This document shows positions 27,001 to 41,092 of a DNA stretch of 64,000 nt, piece after piece. Location of the stretch: assembly GCF_009914755.1 (NCBI RefSeq), contig NC_060943.1. One strand, 5' to 3'. Position numbers and translations under genes: made by a program. Every line of letters begins with the position of its first letter. Positions within the stretch are counted from its first letter, which is position 1. The notes under the pieces are model-generated. The model saw only the letters and a list, made by a program, of their open reading frames with translations, did not search any database and was not told the DNA's origin. Source of the stretch: the human T2T-CHM13v2.0 reference genome, Homo sapiens.

Positions 27001-30000
27001 ATATTCAGACCTCCTTGAGGCCTTCGTTGGAAACGGGATTTCTTCATATTATGCTAGACAGAAGAATTCTCAGTAACTTCCTTGTGTTGTGTGTATTCAA
27101 CTCACAGAGTTGAACGATCCTTTACACAGAGCAGACTTGAAACACTCTTTTTGTGGAATTTGCAAGTGGAGATTTCAGCCGCTTTGAGTTCAATGGTAGA
27201 ATAGGAAATATCTTCCTATAGAAACTAGACAGAATGATTCTCAGAAACTCCTTTGTGATGTGTGCGTTCAACTCACAGAGTTCAACCTTTCTTTTCATAG
27301 AGCAGTTGGGAAACACTCTGTTTGTAAAGTCTGCAAGTGGATATTCAGACTTCTTTGAGGCCTTCGTTGGAAGCGGGATTTCTTCATGTTCTGCTAGACA
27401 GAAGAATTCTCAGTAACTTCCTTGTGTTGTGTGTATTCAACTCAGAGAGTTGAACGATCCTTTACACAGAGCAGACTTGAAACACTCTTTTTGTGGAATT
27501 TGCAAGTGGAGATTTCAGCCGCTTTGAGGTCAATGGTAGAATAGGAAATATCTTCCTATAGAAACTAGACAGAATGATTCTCAGAAACTCCTTTGTGATG
27601 TGTGCGTTCAACTCACAGAGTTTAACCTTTCTTTTCATAGAGCAGTTAGGAAACACTCTGTTTGTAAAGTCTGCAAGTGGATATTCAGACATCCTTGAGG
27701 CTTTCGTTGGAAACGGGATTTCTTCATATTCTGCTAGAAAGAAGAATTCTCAGTAACTTCCTTGTGTTGTGTGTATTCAACTCACAGAGTTGAACGATCC
27801 TTTACACAGAGCAGACTTGAAACACTCTTTTTGTGGAATTTGCAAGTGGAGATTTCAGCCGCTTTGGGGTCAATGGTAGAATAGGAAATATCTTCCTATA
27901 GAAACTAGACAGAATGATTCTCAGAAACTCCTTTGTGATGTGTGCGTTCAACTCACAGAGTTTAACCTTTCTTTTCATAGCGCAGTTGGGAAACACTCTG
28001 TTTGTAAAGTCTGCAAGTGGATATTCAGACATCCTTGAGGCTTTCGTTGGAAACGGGATTTCTTCATATTCTGCTAGAAAGAAGAATTCTCAGTAACTTC
28101 CTTGTGTTGTGTGTATTCAACTCACAGAGTTGAACGATCCTTTACACAGAGCAGACTTGAAACACTCTTTTTGTGGAATTTGCAAGTGGAGATTTCAGCC
28201 GCTTTGAGTTCAATGGTAGAATAGGAAATATCTTCCTATAGAAACTAGACAGAATGATTCTCAGAAACTCCTTTGTGATGTGTGCGTTCAACTCACAGAG
28301 TTTAACCTTTCTTTTCATAGAGCAGTTGGGAAACACTCTGTTTGTAAAGTCTGCAAGTGGATATTCAGACATCCTTGAGGCTTTCGTTGGAAACGGGATT
28401 TCTTCATATTCTGCTAGAAGGAAGAATTCTCAGTAACTTCCTTGTGTTGTGTGTATTCAACTCACAGAGTTGAACGATCCTTTACACAGAGCAGACTTGA
28501 AACACTCTTTTTGTGGAATTTGCAAGTGGAGATTTCAGCCGCTTTGAGGTCAATGGTAGAATAGGAAATATCTTCCTATAGAAACTAGACAGAATGATTC
28601 TCAGAAACTCCTTTGTGATGTGTGCGTTCAACTCACACAGTTTAACCTTTCTTTTCATAGAGCAGTTAGGAAACACTCTGTTTGTAAAGTCTGCAAGTGG
28701 ATATTCAGACCTCCTTGAGGCCTTCGTTGGAAACGGGATTTCTTCATATTATGCTAGACAGAAGAATTCTCAGTAACTTCCTTGTGTTGTGTGTATTCAA
28801 CTCACAGAGTTGAACGATCCTTTACACAGAGCAGACTTGAAACACTCTTTTTGTGGAATTTGCAAGTGGAGATTTCAGCCGCTTTGAGTTCAATGGTAGA
28901 ATAGGAAATATCTTCCTATAGAAACTAGACAGAATGATTCTCAGAAACTCCTTTGTGATGTGTGCGTTCAACTCACAGAGTTCAACCTTTCTTTTCATAG
29001 AGCAGTTGGGAAACACTCTGTTTGTAAAGTCTGCAAGTGGATATTCAGACTTCTTTGAGGCCTTCGTTGGAAGCGGGATTTCTTCATGTTCTGCTAGACA
29101 GAAGAATTCTCAGTAACTTCCTTGTGTTGTGTGTATTCAACTCAGAGAGTTGAACGATCCTTTACACAGAGCAGACTTGAAACACTCTTTTTGTGGAATT
29201 TGCAAGTGGAGATTTCAGCCGCTTTGAGGTCAATGGTAGAATAGGAAATATCTTCCTATAGAAACTAGACAGAATGATTCTCAGAAACTCCTTTGTGATG
29301 TGTGCGTTCAACTCACAGAGTTTAACCTTTCTTTTCATAGAGCAGTTAGGAAACACTCTGTTTGTAAAGTCTGCAAGTGGATATTCAGACATCCTTGAGG
29401 CTTTCGTTGGAAACGGGATTTCTTCATATTCTGCTAGAAAGAAGAATTCTCAGTAACTTCCTTGTGTTGTGTGTATTCAACTCACAGAGTTGAACGATCC
29501 TTTACACAGAGCAGACTTGAAACACTCTTTTTGTGGAATTTGCAAGTGGAGATTTCAGCCGCTTTGAGGTCAATGGTAGAATAGGAAATATCTTCCTATA
29601 GAAACTAGACAGAATGATTCTCAGAAACTCCTTTGTGATGTGTGCGTTCAACTCACAGAGTTTAACCTTTCTTTTCATAGCGCAGTTGGGAAACACTCTG
29701 TTTGTAAAGTCTGCAAGTGGATATTCAGACATCCTTGAGGCTTTCGTTGGAAACGGGATTTCTTCATATTCTGCTAGAAAGAAGAATTCTCAGTAACTTC
29801 CTTGTGTTGTGTGTATTCAACTCACAGAGTTGAACGATCCTTTACACAGAGCAGACTTGAAACACTCTTTTTGCGGAATTTGCAAGTGGAGATTTCAGCC
29901 GCTTTGAGGTCAATGGTAGAATAGGAAATATCTTCCTATAGAAACTAGACAGAATGATTCTCAGAAACTCCTTTGTGATGTGTGCGTTCAACTCACACAG

Positions 30001-33000
30001 TTTAACCTTTCTTTTCATAGAGCAGTTGGGAAACACTCTGTTTGTAAAGTCTGCAAGTGGATATTCAGACCTCCTTGAGGCCTTCGTTGGAAACGGGATT
30101 TCTTCATATTATGCTAGACAGAAGAATTCTCAGTAACTTCCTTGTGTTGTGTGTATTGAACTCACAGAGTTGAACGATCCTTTACACAGAGCAGACTTGA
30201 AACACTCTTTTTGTGGAATTTGCAAGTGGAGATTTCAGCCGCTTTGAAGTCAATGGTAGAATAGGAAATATCTTCCTATAGAAACTAGACAGAATGATTC
30301 TCAGAAACTCCTTTGTGATGTGTGCGTTCAACTCACAGAGTTTAACCTTTCTTTTCATAGAGCAGTTAGGAAACACTCTGTTTGTAAAGTCTGCAAGTGG
30401 ATATTCAGACCTCCTTGAGGCCTTCGTTGGAAACGGGATTTCTTCATATTCTGCTAGAAAGAAGAATTCTCAGTAACTTCCTTGTGTTGTGTGTATTCAA
30501 CTCACAGAGTTGAACGATCCTTTACACAGAGCAGACTTGAAACACTCTTTTTGTGGAATTTGCAAGTGGAGATTTCAGCCGCTTTGAGGTCAATGGTAGA
30601 ATAGGAAATATCTTCCTATAGAAACTAGACAGAATGATTCTCAGAACCTCCTTTGTGATGTGTGCGTTCAACTCACAGAGTTTAACCTTTCTTTTCATAG
30701 AGCAGTTAGGAAACACTCTGTTTGTAAAGTCTGCAAGTGGATATAAAGACATCCTTGAGGCTTTCGTTGGAAACGGGATTTCTTCATATTCTGCTAGAAA
30801 GAAGAATTCTCAGTAACTTCCTTGTGTTGTGTGTATTCAACTCACAGAGTTGAACGATCCTTTACACAGAGCAGACTTGAAACACTCTTTTTGTGGAATT
30901 TGCAAGTGGAGATTTCAGCCGCTTTGAGGTCAATGGTAGAATAGGAAATATCTTCCTATAGAAACTAGACAGAATGATTCTCAGAAACTCCTTTGTGATG
31001 TGTGCGTTCAACTCACAGAGTTCAACCTTTCTTTTCATAGAGCAGTTGGGAAACACTCTGTTTGTAAAGTCTGCAAGTGGATATTCAGACTTCTTTGAGG
31101 CCTTCGTTGGAAGCGGGATTTCTTCATATTCTGCTAGACAGAAGAATTCTCAGTAACTGCCTTGTGTTGTGTGTATTCAACTCACAGAGTTGAACGATCC
31201 TTTACACAGAGCAGACTTGAAACACTCTTTTTGTGGAATTTGCAAGTGGAGATTTCAGCCGCTTTGAGGTCAATGGTAGAATAGGAAATATCTTCCTATA
31301 GAAACTAGACAGAATGATTCTCAGAAACTCCTTTGTGATGTGTGCGTTCAACTCACAGAGGTTACCCTTTCTTTTCATAGAGCAGTTGGGAAACACTCTG
31401 TTTGTAAAGTCTGCAAGTGGATATTCAGACCTCCTTGAGGCTTTCGTTGGAAACGGGATTTCTTCATATTCTGCTAGAAAGAAGAATTCTCAGTAACTTC
31501 CTTGTGTTGTGTGTATTCAACTCACAGAGTTGAACGATCCTTTACACAGACCAGACTTGAAACACTCTTTTTGTGGAATTTGTAAGTGGAGATTTCAGCC
31601 GCTTTGAGGTCAATGGTAGAATAGGAAATATCTTCCTATAGAAACTAGACAGAATGATTCTGAGAAACTCCTTTGTGATGTGTGCGTTCAACTCACACAG
31701 TTTAACCTTTCTTTTCATAGAGCAGTTAGGAAACACTCTGTTTGTAAAGTCTGCAAGTGGATATTCAGACCTCCTTGAGGCCTTCGTTGGAAACGGGATT
31801 TCTTCATATTATGCTAGACAGAAGAATTCTCAGTAACTTCCTTGTGTTGTGTGTATTCAACTCACAGAGTTGAACGATCCTTTACACAGAGCAGACTTGA
31901 AACACTCTTTTTGTGGAATTTGCAAGTGGAGATTTCAGCCGCTTTGAGTTCAATGGTAGAATAGGAAATATCTTCCTATAGAAACTAGACAGAATGATTC
32001 TCAGAAACTCCTTTGTGATGTGTGCGTTCAACTCACAGAGTTCAACCTTTCTTTTCATAGAGCAGTTGGGAAACACTCTGTTTGTAAAGTCTGCAAGTGG
32101 ATATTCAGACTTCTTTGAGGCCTTCGTTGGAAGCGGGATTTCTTCATGTTCTGCTAGACAGAAGAATTCTCAGAAACTTCCTTGTGTTGTGTGTTTTCAA
32201 CTCACAGAGTTGAACGATCCTTTACACAGAGCAGACTTGAAACACTCTTTTTGTGGAATTTGCAAGTGGAGATTTCAGCCGCTTTGAGGTCAATGGTAGA
32301 ATAGGAAATATCTTCCTATAGAAACTAGACAGAATGATTCTCAGAAACTCCTTTGTGATGTGTGCGTTCAACTCACAGAGTTTAACCTTTCTTTTCATAG
32401 AGCAGTTAGGAAACACTCTGTTTGTAAAATCTGCAAGTAGATATTCAGACATCTTTGAGGCCTTCGTTGGAAACGGGATTTCTTCATGTTCTGCTAGACA
32501 GAAGAATTCTCAGAAACTTCCTTGTGTTGTGTGTTTTCAACTCACAGAGTTGAACGATGCTTTACACAGAGTAGACCTGAAACACTCTTTTTGTGGAATT
32601 TGCAAGTGGAGATTTCAGCCGCTTTGAGTTCAATGGTAGAATAGGAAATATCTTCCTATAGAAACTAGACAGAATGATTCTCAGAAACTCCTTTGTGATG
32701 TGTGCGTTCAACTCACAGAGTTCAACCTTTCTTTTCATAGAGCAGTTGGGAAACACTCTGTTTGTAAAGTCTGCAAGTGGATATTCAGACCTCCTTGAGG
32801 CCTTCGTTGGAAGCGGGATTTCTTCATCTTCTGCTAGACAGAAGAATTCTCAGTAACTTCCTTGTGTTGTGTGTATTCAACTCACAGAGTTGAATGATCC
32901 TTTACACAGAACAGTCTTGAAACACTCTTTTTGTGGAATTTGCAAGTGGAGATTTCATCCGCTTTGAGGTCAATGGTAGAATAGGAAATATCTTCCTATA

Positions 33001-36000
33001 GAAACTAGACAGAATGATTCTCAGAAACTCCTTTGTGATGTGTGCGTTCAACTCACAGAGTTTAACCTTTCTTTTCATAGAGCAGTTAGGAAACACTCTG
33101 TTTGTAAAGTCTGCAAGTGGATATTCAGACATCTTTGAGGCTTTCGTTGGAAACGGGATTTCTTCATATTCTGCTAGGCAGAAGAATTCTCAGAAACTTC
33201 GATGTGTTGTGTGTTTTCAACTCACAGAGTTCAACGATCATTTACACAGAGTAGACTTGAAACACTCTTTTTGTGGAATTGGCAGGGTGGAGATTTCAGC
33301 CGCTTTGAGGTCAAAGGTAGAAAAGGAAATATCTTCGTATAAAAACTAGACAGAGTGATTCTCAGAAACTCCTTTGTGATGTGTGCGTTCAACTCACAGA
33401 GTTTAACCTTTCTTTTCATAGAGCAGTTAGGAAACACTCTGTTTGTAAAGTCTGCAAGTGGATATTCAGACCTCCTTGAGGCCTTCGTTGGAAACGGGAT
33501 TTCTTCATATTATGCTAGACAGAAGAATTCTCAGTAACTTCCTTGTGTTGTGTGTATTCAACTCACAGAGTTGAACGATCCTTTACACAGAGCAGACTTG
33601 AAACACTCTTTTTGTGGAATTTGCAAGTGGAGATTTCAGCCGCTTTGAGTTCAATGGTAGAATAGGAAATATCTTCCTATAGAAACTAGACAGAATGATT
33701 CTCAGAAACTCCTTTGTGATGTGTGCGTTCAACTCACAGAGTTCAACCTTTCTTTTCATAGAGCAGTTGGGAAACACTCTGTAAAGTCTGCAAGTGGATA
33801 TTCAGACTTCTTTGAGGCCTTGGTTGGAAGCGGGATTTCTTCATATTCTGCTAGACAGAAGAATTCTCAGTAACTTCCTTGTGTTGTGTGTATTCAACTC
33901 ACAGAGTTGAACGATCCTTTACACAGAGCAGACTTGAAACACTCTTTTTGTGGAATTTGCAAGTGGAGATTTCAGCCGCTTTGAGGTCAATGGTAGAATA
34001 GGAAATATCTTCCTATAGAAACTAGACAGAATGATTCTCAGAAACTCCTTTGTGATGTGTGCGTTCAACTCACAGAGTTCAACCTTTCTTTTCATAGAGC
34101 CGTTGGGAAACACTCTGTTTGTAAAGTCTGCAAGTGGATATTCAGACCTCTTTGAGGCCTTCGTTGGAAGCGGGATTTCTTCATATTCTTCTAGACAGAA
34201 GAATTCTCAGTAACTTCCTTGTGTTGTGTGTATTCAACTCACAGAATTGAACGATCCTTTACACAGAGCAGACTTGAAACACTCTTTTTGTGGAATTTGC
34301 AAGTGGAGATTTCAGCCGCTTTCAGTTCAATGGTAGAATAGGAAATATCTTCCTATAGAAACTAGACAGAATGATTCTCAGAAACTCCTTTGTGATGTGT
34401 GCGTTCAACTCACAGAGTTCAACCTTTCTTTTCATAGAGCCGTTGGGAAACACTCTGTTTGTAAAGTCTGCAAGTGGATATTCAGACTTCTTTGAGGCCT
34501 TCGTTGGAAGCGGGATTTCTTCATATTCTGCTAGACAGAAGAATTCTCAGTAACTTCCTTGTGTTGTGTGTATTCAACTCACAGAGTTGAACGATCCTTT
34601 ACACAGAGCAGACTTGAAACACTCTTTTTGTGGAATTTGCAAGTGGAGATTTCAGCCGCTTTGAGGTCAATGGTAGAATAGGAAATATCTTCCTATAGAA
34701 ACTAGACAGAATGATTCTCAGAAACTCCTTTGTGATGTGTGCGTTCAACTCACAGAGTTTAACCTTTCTTTTCATAGAGCAGTTAGGAAACACTCTGTTT
34801 GTAAAGTCTGCAAGTGGATATTCAGACATCCTTGAGGCTTTCGTTGGAAACGGGATTTCTTCATATTCTGCTAGAAAGAAGAATTCTCAGTAACTTCCTT
34901 GTGTTGTGTGTATTCAACTCACAGAGTTGAACGATCCTTTACACAGAGCAGACTTGAAACACTCTTTTTGTGGAATTTGCAAGTGGAGATTTCAGCCGCT
35001 TTGAGGTCAATGGTAGAATAGGAAATATCTTCCTATAGAAACTAGACAGAATGATTCTCAGAAACTCCTTTGTGATGTGTGCGTTCAACTCACAGAGTTT
35101 AACCTTTCTTTTCATAGAGCAGTTGGGAAACACTCTCTTTGTAAAGTCTGCAAGTGGATATTCAGACATCCTTGAGGCTTTCGTTGGAAACGGGATTTCT
35201 TCATATTCTGCTAGAAAGAAGAATTCTCAGTAACTTCCTTGTGTTGTGTGTATTCAACTCACAGAGTTGAACGATCCTTTACACAGAGCAGACTTGAAAC
35301 ACTCTTTTTGCGGAATTTGCAAGTGGAGATTTCAGCCGCTTTGAGGTCAATGGTAGAATAGGAAATATCTTCCTATAGAAACTAGACAGAATGATTCTCA
35401 GAAACTCCTTTGTGATGTGTGCGTTCAACTCACACAGTTTAACCTTTCTTTTCATAGAGCAGTTAGGAAACACTCTGTTTGTAAAGTCTGCAAGTGGATA
35501 TTCAGACCTCCTTGAGGCCTTCGTTGGAAACGGGATTTCTTCATATTATGCTAGACAGAAGAATTCTCAGTAACTTCCTTGTGTTGTGTGTATTCAACTC
35601 ACAGAGTTGAACGATCCTTTACACAGAGCAGACTTGAAACACTCTTTTTGTGGAATTTGCAAGTGGAGATTTCAGCCGCTTTGAGTTCAATGGTAGAATA
35701 GGAAATATCTTCCTATAGAAACTAGACAGAATGATTCTCAGAAACTCCTTTGTGATGTGTGCGTTCAACTCACAGAGTTCAACCTTTCTTTTCATAGAGC
35801 AGTTGGGAAACACTCTGTTTGTAAAGTCTGCAAGTGGATATTCAGACTTCTTTGAGGCCTTCGTTGGAAGCGGGATTTCTTCATGTTCTGCTAGACAGAA
35901 GAATTCTCAGTAACTTCCTTGTGTTGTGTGTATTCAACTCAGAGAGTTGAACGATCCTTTACACAGAGCAGACTTGAAACACTCTTTTTGTGGAATTTGC

Positions 36001-39000
36001 AAGTGGAGATTTCAGCCGCTTTGAGGTCAATGGTAGAATAGGAAATATCTTCCTATAGAAACTAGACAGAATGATTCTCAGAAACTCCTTTGTGATGTGT
36101 GCGTTCAACTCACAGAGTTTAACCTTTCTTTTCATAGAGCAGTTAGGAAACACTCTGTTTGTAAAGTCTGCAAGTGGATATTCAGACATCCTTGAGGCTT
36201 TCGTTGGAAACGGGATTTCTTCATATTCTGCTAGAAAGAAGAATTCTCAGTAACTTCCTTGTGTTGTGTGTATTCAACTCACAGAGTTGAACGATCCTTT
36301 ACACAGAGCAGACTTGAAACACTCTTTTTGTGGAATTTGCAAGTGGAGATTTCAGCCGCTTTGGGGTCAATGGTAGAATAGGAAATATCTTCCTATAGAA
36401 ACTAGACAGAATGATTCTCAGAAACTCCTTTGTGATGTGTGCGTTCAACTCACAGAGTTTAACCTTTCTTTTCATAGCGCAGTTGGGAAACACTCTGTTT
36501 GTAAAGTCTGCAAGTGGATATTCAGACATCCTTGAGGCTTTCGTTGGAAACGGGATTTCTTCATATTCTGCTAGAAAGAAGAATTCTCAGTAACTTCCTT
36601 GTGTTGTGTGTATTCAACTCACAGAGTTGAACGATCCTTTACACAGAGCAGACTTGAAACACTCTTTTTGTGGAATTTGCAAGTGGAGATTTCAGCCGCT
36701 TTGAGTTCAATGGTAGAATAGGAAATATCTTCCTATAGAAACTAGACAGAATGATTCTCAGAAACTCCTTTGTGATGTGTGCGTTCAACTCACAGAGTTT
36801 AACCTTTCTTTTCATAGAGCAGTTGGGAAACACTCTGTTTGTAAAGTCTGCAAGTGGATATTCAGACATCCTTGAGGCTTTCGTTGGAAACGGGATTTCT
36901 TCATATTCTGCTAGAAGGAAGAATTCTCAGTAACTTCCTTGTGTTGTGTGTATTCAACTCACAGAGTTGAACGATCCTTTACACAGAGCAGACTTGAAAC
37001 ACTCTTTTTGTGGAATTTGCAAGTGGAGATTTCAGCCGCTTTGAGGTCAATGGTAGAATAGGAAATATCTTCCTATAGAAACTAGACAGAATGATTCTCA
37101 GAAACTCCTTTGTGATGTGTGCGTTCAACTCACACAGTTTAACCTTTCTTTTCATAGAGCAGTTAGGAAACACTCTGTTTGTAAAGTCTGCAAGTGGATA
37201 TTCAGACCTCCTTGAGGCCTTCGTTGGAAACGGGATTTCTTCATATTATGCTAGACAGAAGAATTCTCAGTAACTTCCTTGTGTTGTGTGTATTCAACTC
37301 ACAGAGTTGAACGATCCTTTACACAGAGCAGACTTGAAACACTCTTTTTGTGGAATTTGCAAGTGGAGATTTCAGCCGCTTTGAGTTCAATGGTAGAATA
37401 GGAAATATCTTCCTATAGAAACTAGACAGAATGATTCTCAGAAACTCCTTTGTGATGTGTGCGTTCAACTCACAGAGTTCAACCTTTCTTTTCATAGAGC
37501 AGTTGGGAAACACTCTGTTTGTAAAGTCTGCAAGTGGATATTCAGACTTCTTTGAGGCCTTCGTTGGAAGCGGGATTTCTTCATGTTCTGCTAGACAGAA
37601 GAATTCTCAGTAACTTCCTTGTGTTGTGTGTATTCAACTCAGAGAGTTGAACGATCCTTTACACAGAGCAGACTTGAAACACTCTTTTTGTGGAATTTGC
37701 AAGTGGAGATTTCAGCCGCTTTGAGGTCAATGGTAGAATAGGAAATATCTTCCTATAGAAACTAGACAGAATGATTCTCAGAAACTCCTTTGTGATGTGT
37801 GCGTTCAACTCACAGAGTTTAACCTTTCTTTTCATAGAGCAGTTAGGAAACACTCTGTTTGTAAAGTCTGCAAGTGGATATTCAGACATCCTTGAGGCTT
37901 TCGTTGGAAACGGGATTTCTTCATATTCTGCTAGAAAGAAGAATTCTCAGTAACTTCCTTGTGTTGTGTGTATTCAACTCACAGAGTTGAACGATCCTTT
38001 ACACAGAGCAGACTTGAAACACTCTTTTTGTGGAATTTGCAAGTGGAGATTTCAGCCGCTTTGAGGTCAATGGTAGAATAGGAAATATCTTCCTATAGAA
38101 ACTAGACAGAATGATTCTCAGAAACTCCTTTGTGATGTGTGCGTTCAACTCACAGAGTTTAACCTTTCTTTTCATAGCGCAGTTGGGAAACACTCTGTTT
38201 GTAAAGTCTGCAAGTGGATATTCAGACATCCTTGAGGCTTTCGTTGGAAACGGGATTTCTTCATATTCTGCTAGAAAGAAGAATTCTCAGTAACTTCCTT
38301 GTGTTGTGTGTATTCAACTCACAGAGTTGAACGATCCTTTACACAGAGCAGACTTGAAACACTCTTTTTGCGGAATTTGCAAGTGGAGATTTCAGCCGCT
38401 TTGAGGTCAATGGTAGAATAGGAAATATCTTCCTATAGAAACTAGACAGAATGATTCTCAGAAACTCCTTTGTGATGTGTGCGTTCAACTCACACAGTTT
38501 AACCTTTCTTTTCATAGAGCAGTTGGGAAACACTCTGTTTGTAAAGTCTGCAAGTGGATATTCAGACCTCCTTGAGGCCTTCGTTGGAAACGGGATTTCT
38601 TCATATTATGCTAGACAGAAGAATTCTCAGTAACTTCCTTGTGTTGTGTGTATTGAACTCACAGAGTTGAACGATCCTTTACACAGAGCAGACTTGAAAC
38701 ACTCTTTTTGTGGAATTTGCAAGTGGAGATTTCAGCCGCTTTGAAGTCAATGGTAGAATAGGAAATATCTTCCTATAGAAACTAGACAGAATGATTCTCA
38801 GAAACTCCTTTGTGATGTGTGCGTTCAACTCACAGAGTTTAACCTTTCTTTTCATAGAGCAGTTAGGAAACACTCTGTTTGTAAAGTCTGCAAGTGGATA
38901 TTCAGACCTCCTTGAGGCCTTCGTTGGAAACGGGATTTCTTCATATTCTGCTAGAAAGAAGAATTCTCAGTAACTTCCTTGTGTTGTGTGTATTCAACTC

Positions 39001-41092
39001 ACAGAGTTGAACGATCCTTTACACAGAGCAGACTTGAAACACTCTTTTTGTGGAATTTGCAAGTGGAGATTTCAGCCGCTTTGAGGTCAATGGTAGAATA
39101 GGAAATATCTTCCTATAGAAACTAGACAGAATGATTCTCAGAACCTCCTTTGTGATGTGTGCGTTCAACTCACAGAGTTTAACCTTTCTTTTCATAGAGC
39201 AGTTAGGAAACACTCTGTTTGTAAAGTCTGCAAGTGGATATAAAGACATCCTTGAGGCTTTCGTTGGAAACGGGATTTCTTCATATTCTGCTAGAAAGAA
39301 GAATTCTCAGTAACTTCCTTGTGTTGTGTGTATTCAACTCACAGAGTTGAACGATCCTTTACACAGAGCAGACTTGAAACACTCTTTTTGTGGAATTTGC
39401 AAGTGGAGATTTCAGCCGCTTTGAGGTCAATGGTAGAATAGGAAATATCTTCCTATAGAAACTAGACAGAATGATTCTCAGAAACTCCTTTGTGATGTGT
39501 GCGTTCAACTCACAGAGTTCAACCTTTCTTTTCATAGAGCAGTTGGGAAACACTCTGTTTGTAAAGTCTGCAAGTGGATATTCAGACTTCTTTGAGGCCT
39601 TCGTTGGAAGCGGGATTTCTTCATATTCTGCTAGACAGAAGAATTCTCAGTAACTGCCTTGTGTTGTGTGTATTCAACTCACAGAGTTGAACGATCCTTT
39701 ACACAGAGCAGACTTGAAACACTCTTTTTGTGGAATTTGCAAGTGGAGATTTCAGCCGCTTTGAGGTCAATGGTAGAATAGGAAATATCTTCCTATAGAA
39801 ACTAGACAGAATGATTCTCAGAAACTCCTTTGTGATGTGTGCGTTCAACTCACAGAGGTTACCCTTTCTTTTCATAGAGCAGTTGGGAAACACTCTGTTT
39901 GTAAAGTCTGCAAGTGGATATTCAGACCTCCTTGAGGCTTTCGTTGGAAACGGGATTTCTTCATATTCTGCTAGAAAGAAGAATTCTCAGTAACTTCCTT
40001 GTGTTGTGTGTATTCAACTCACAGAGTTGAACGATCCTTTACACAGACCAGACTTGAAACACTCTTTTTGTGGAATTTGTAAGTGGAGATTTCAGCCGCT
40101 TTGAGGTCAATGGTAGAATAGGAAATATCTTCCTATAGAAACTAGACAGAATGATTCTGAGAAACTCCTTTGTGATGTGTGCGTTCAACTCACACAGTTT
40201 AACCTTTCTTTTCATAGAGCAGTTAGGAAACACTCTGTTTGTAAAGTCTGCAAGTGGATATTCAGACCTCCTTGAGGCCTTCGTTGGAAACGGGATTTCT
40301 TCATATTATGCTAGACAGAAGAATTCTCAGTAACTTCCTTGTGTTGTGTGTATTCAACTCACAGAGTTGAACGATCCTTTACACAGAGCAGACTTGAAAC
40401 ACTCTTTTTGTGGAATTTGCAAGTGGAGATTTCAGCCGCTTTGAGTTCAATGGTAGAATAGGAAATATCTTCCTATAGAAACTAGACAGAATGATTCTCA
40501 GAAACTCCTTTGTGATGTGTGCGTTCAACTCACAGAGTTCAACCTTTCTTTTCATAGAGCAGTTGGGAAACACTCTGTTTGTAAAGTCTGCAAGTGGATA
40601 TTCAGACTTCTTTGAGGCCTTCGTTGGAAGCGGGATTTCTTCATGTTCTGCTAGACAGAAGAATTCTCAGAAACTTCCTTGTGTTGTGTGTTTTCAACTC
40701 ACAGAGTTGAACGATCCTTTACACAGAGCAGACTTGAAACACTCTTTTTGTGGAATTTGCAAGTGGAGATTTCAGCCGCTTTGAGGTCAATGGTAGAATA
40801 GGAAATATCTTCCTATAGAAACTAGACAGAATGATTCTCAGAAACTCCTTTGTGATGTGTGCGTTCAACTCACAGAGTTTAACCTTTCTTTTCATAGAGC
40901 AGTTAGGAAACACTCTGTTTGTAAAATCTGCAAGTAGATATTCAGACATCTTTGAGGCCTTCGTTGGAAACGGGATTTCTTCATGTTCTGCTAGACAGAA
41001 GAATTCTCAGAAACTTCCTTGTGTTGTGTGTTTTCAACTCACAGAGTTGAACGATGCTTTACACAGAGTAGACCTGAAACACTCTTTTTGTG
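24080..41092 (+). repeat. Tandem duplication of a 25-dimer unit (~8498 bp x2), junction within 32578-32595
   Basis: All dimer starts and rare variants repeat at +8498/+8497 (24176/32674, 24857/33355, 25533/34031, 26214/34711, 30634/39131, 32334/40831), including the G insertion, 4-bp deletion, TATAAAGAC and GGTTACCC. Confidence 0.95.
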
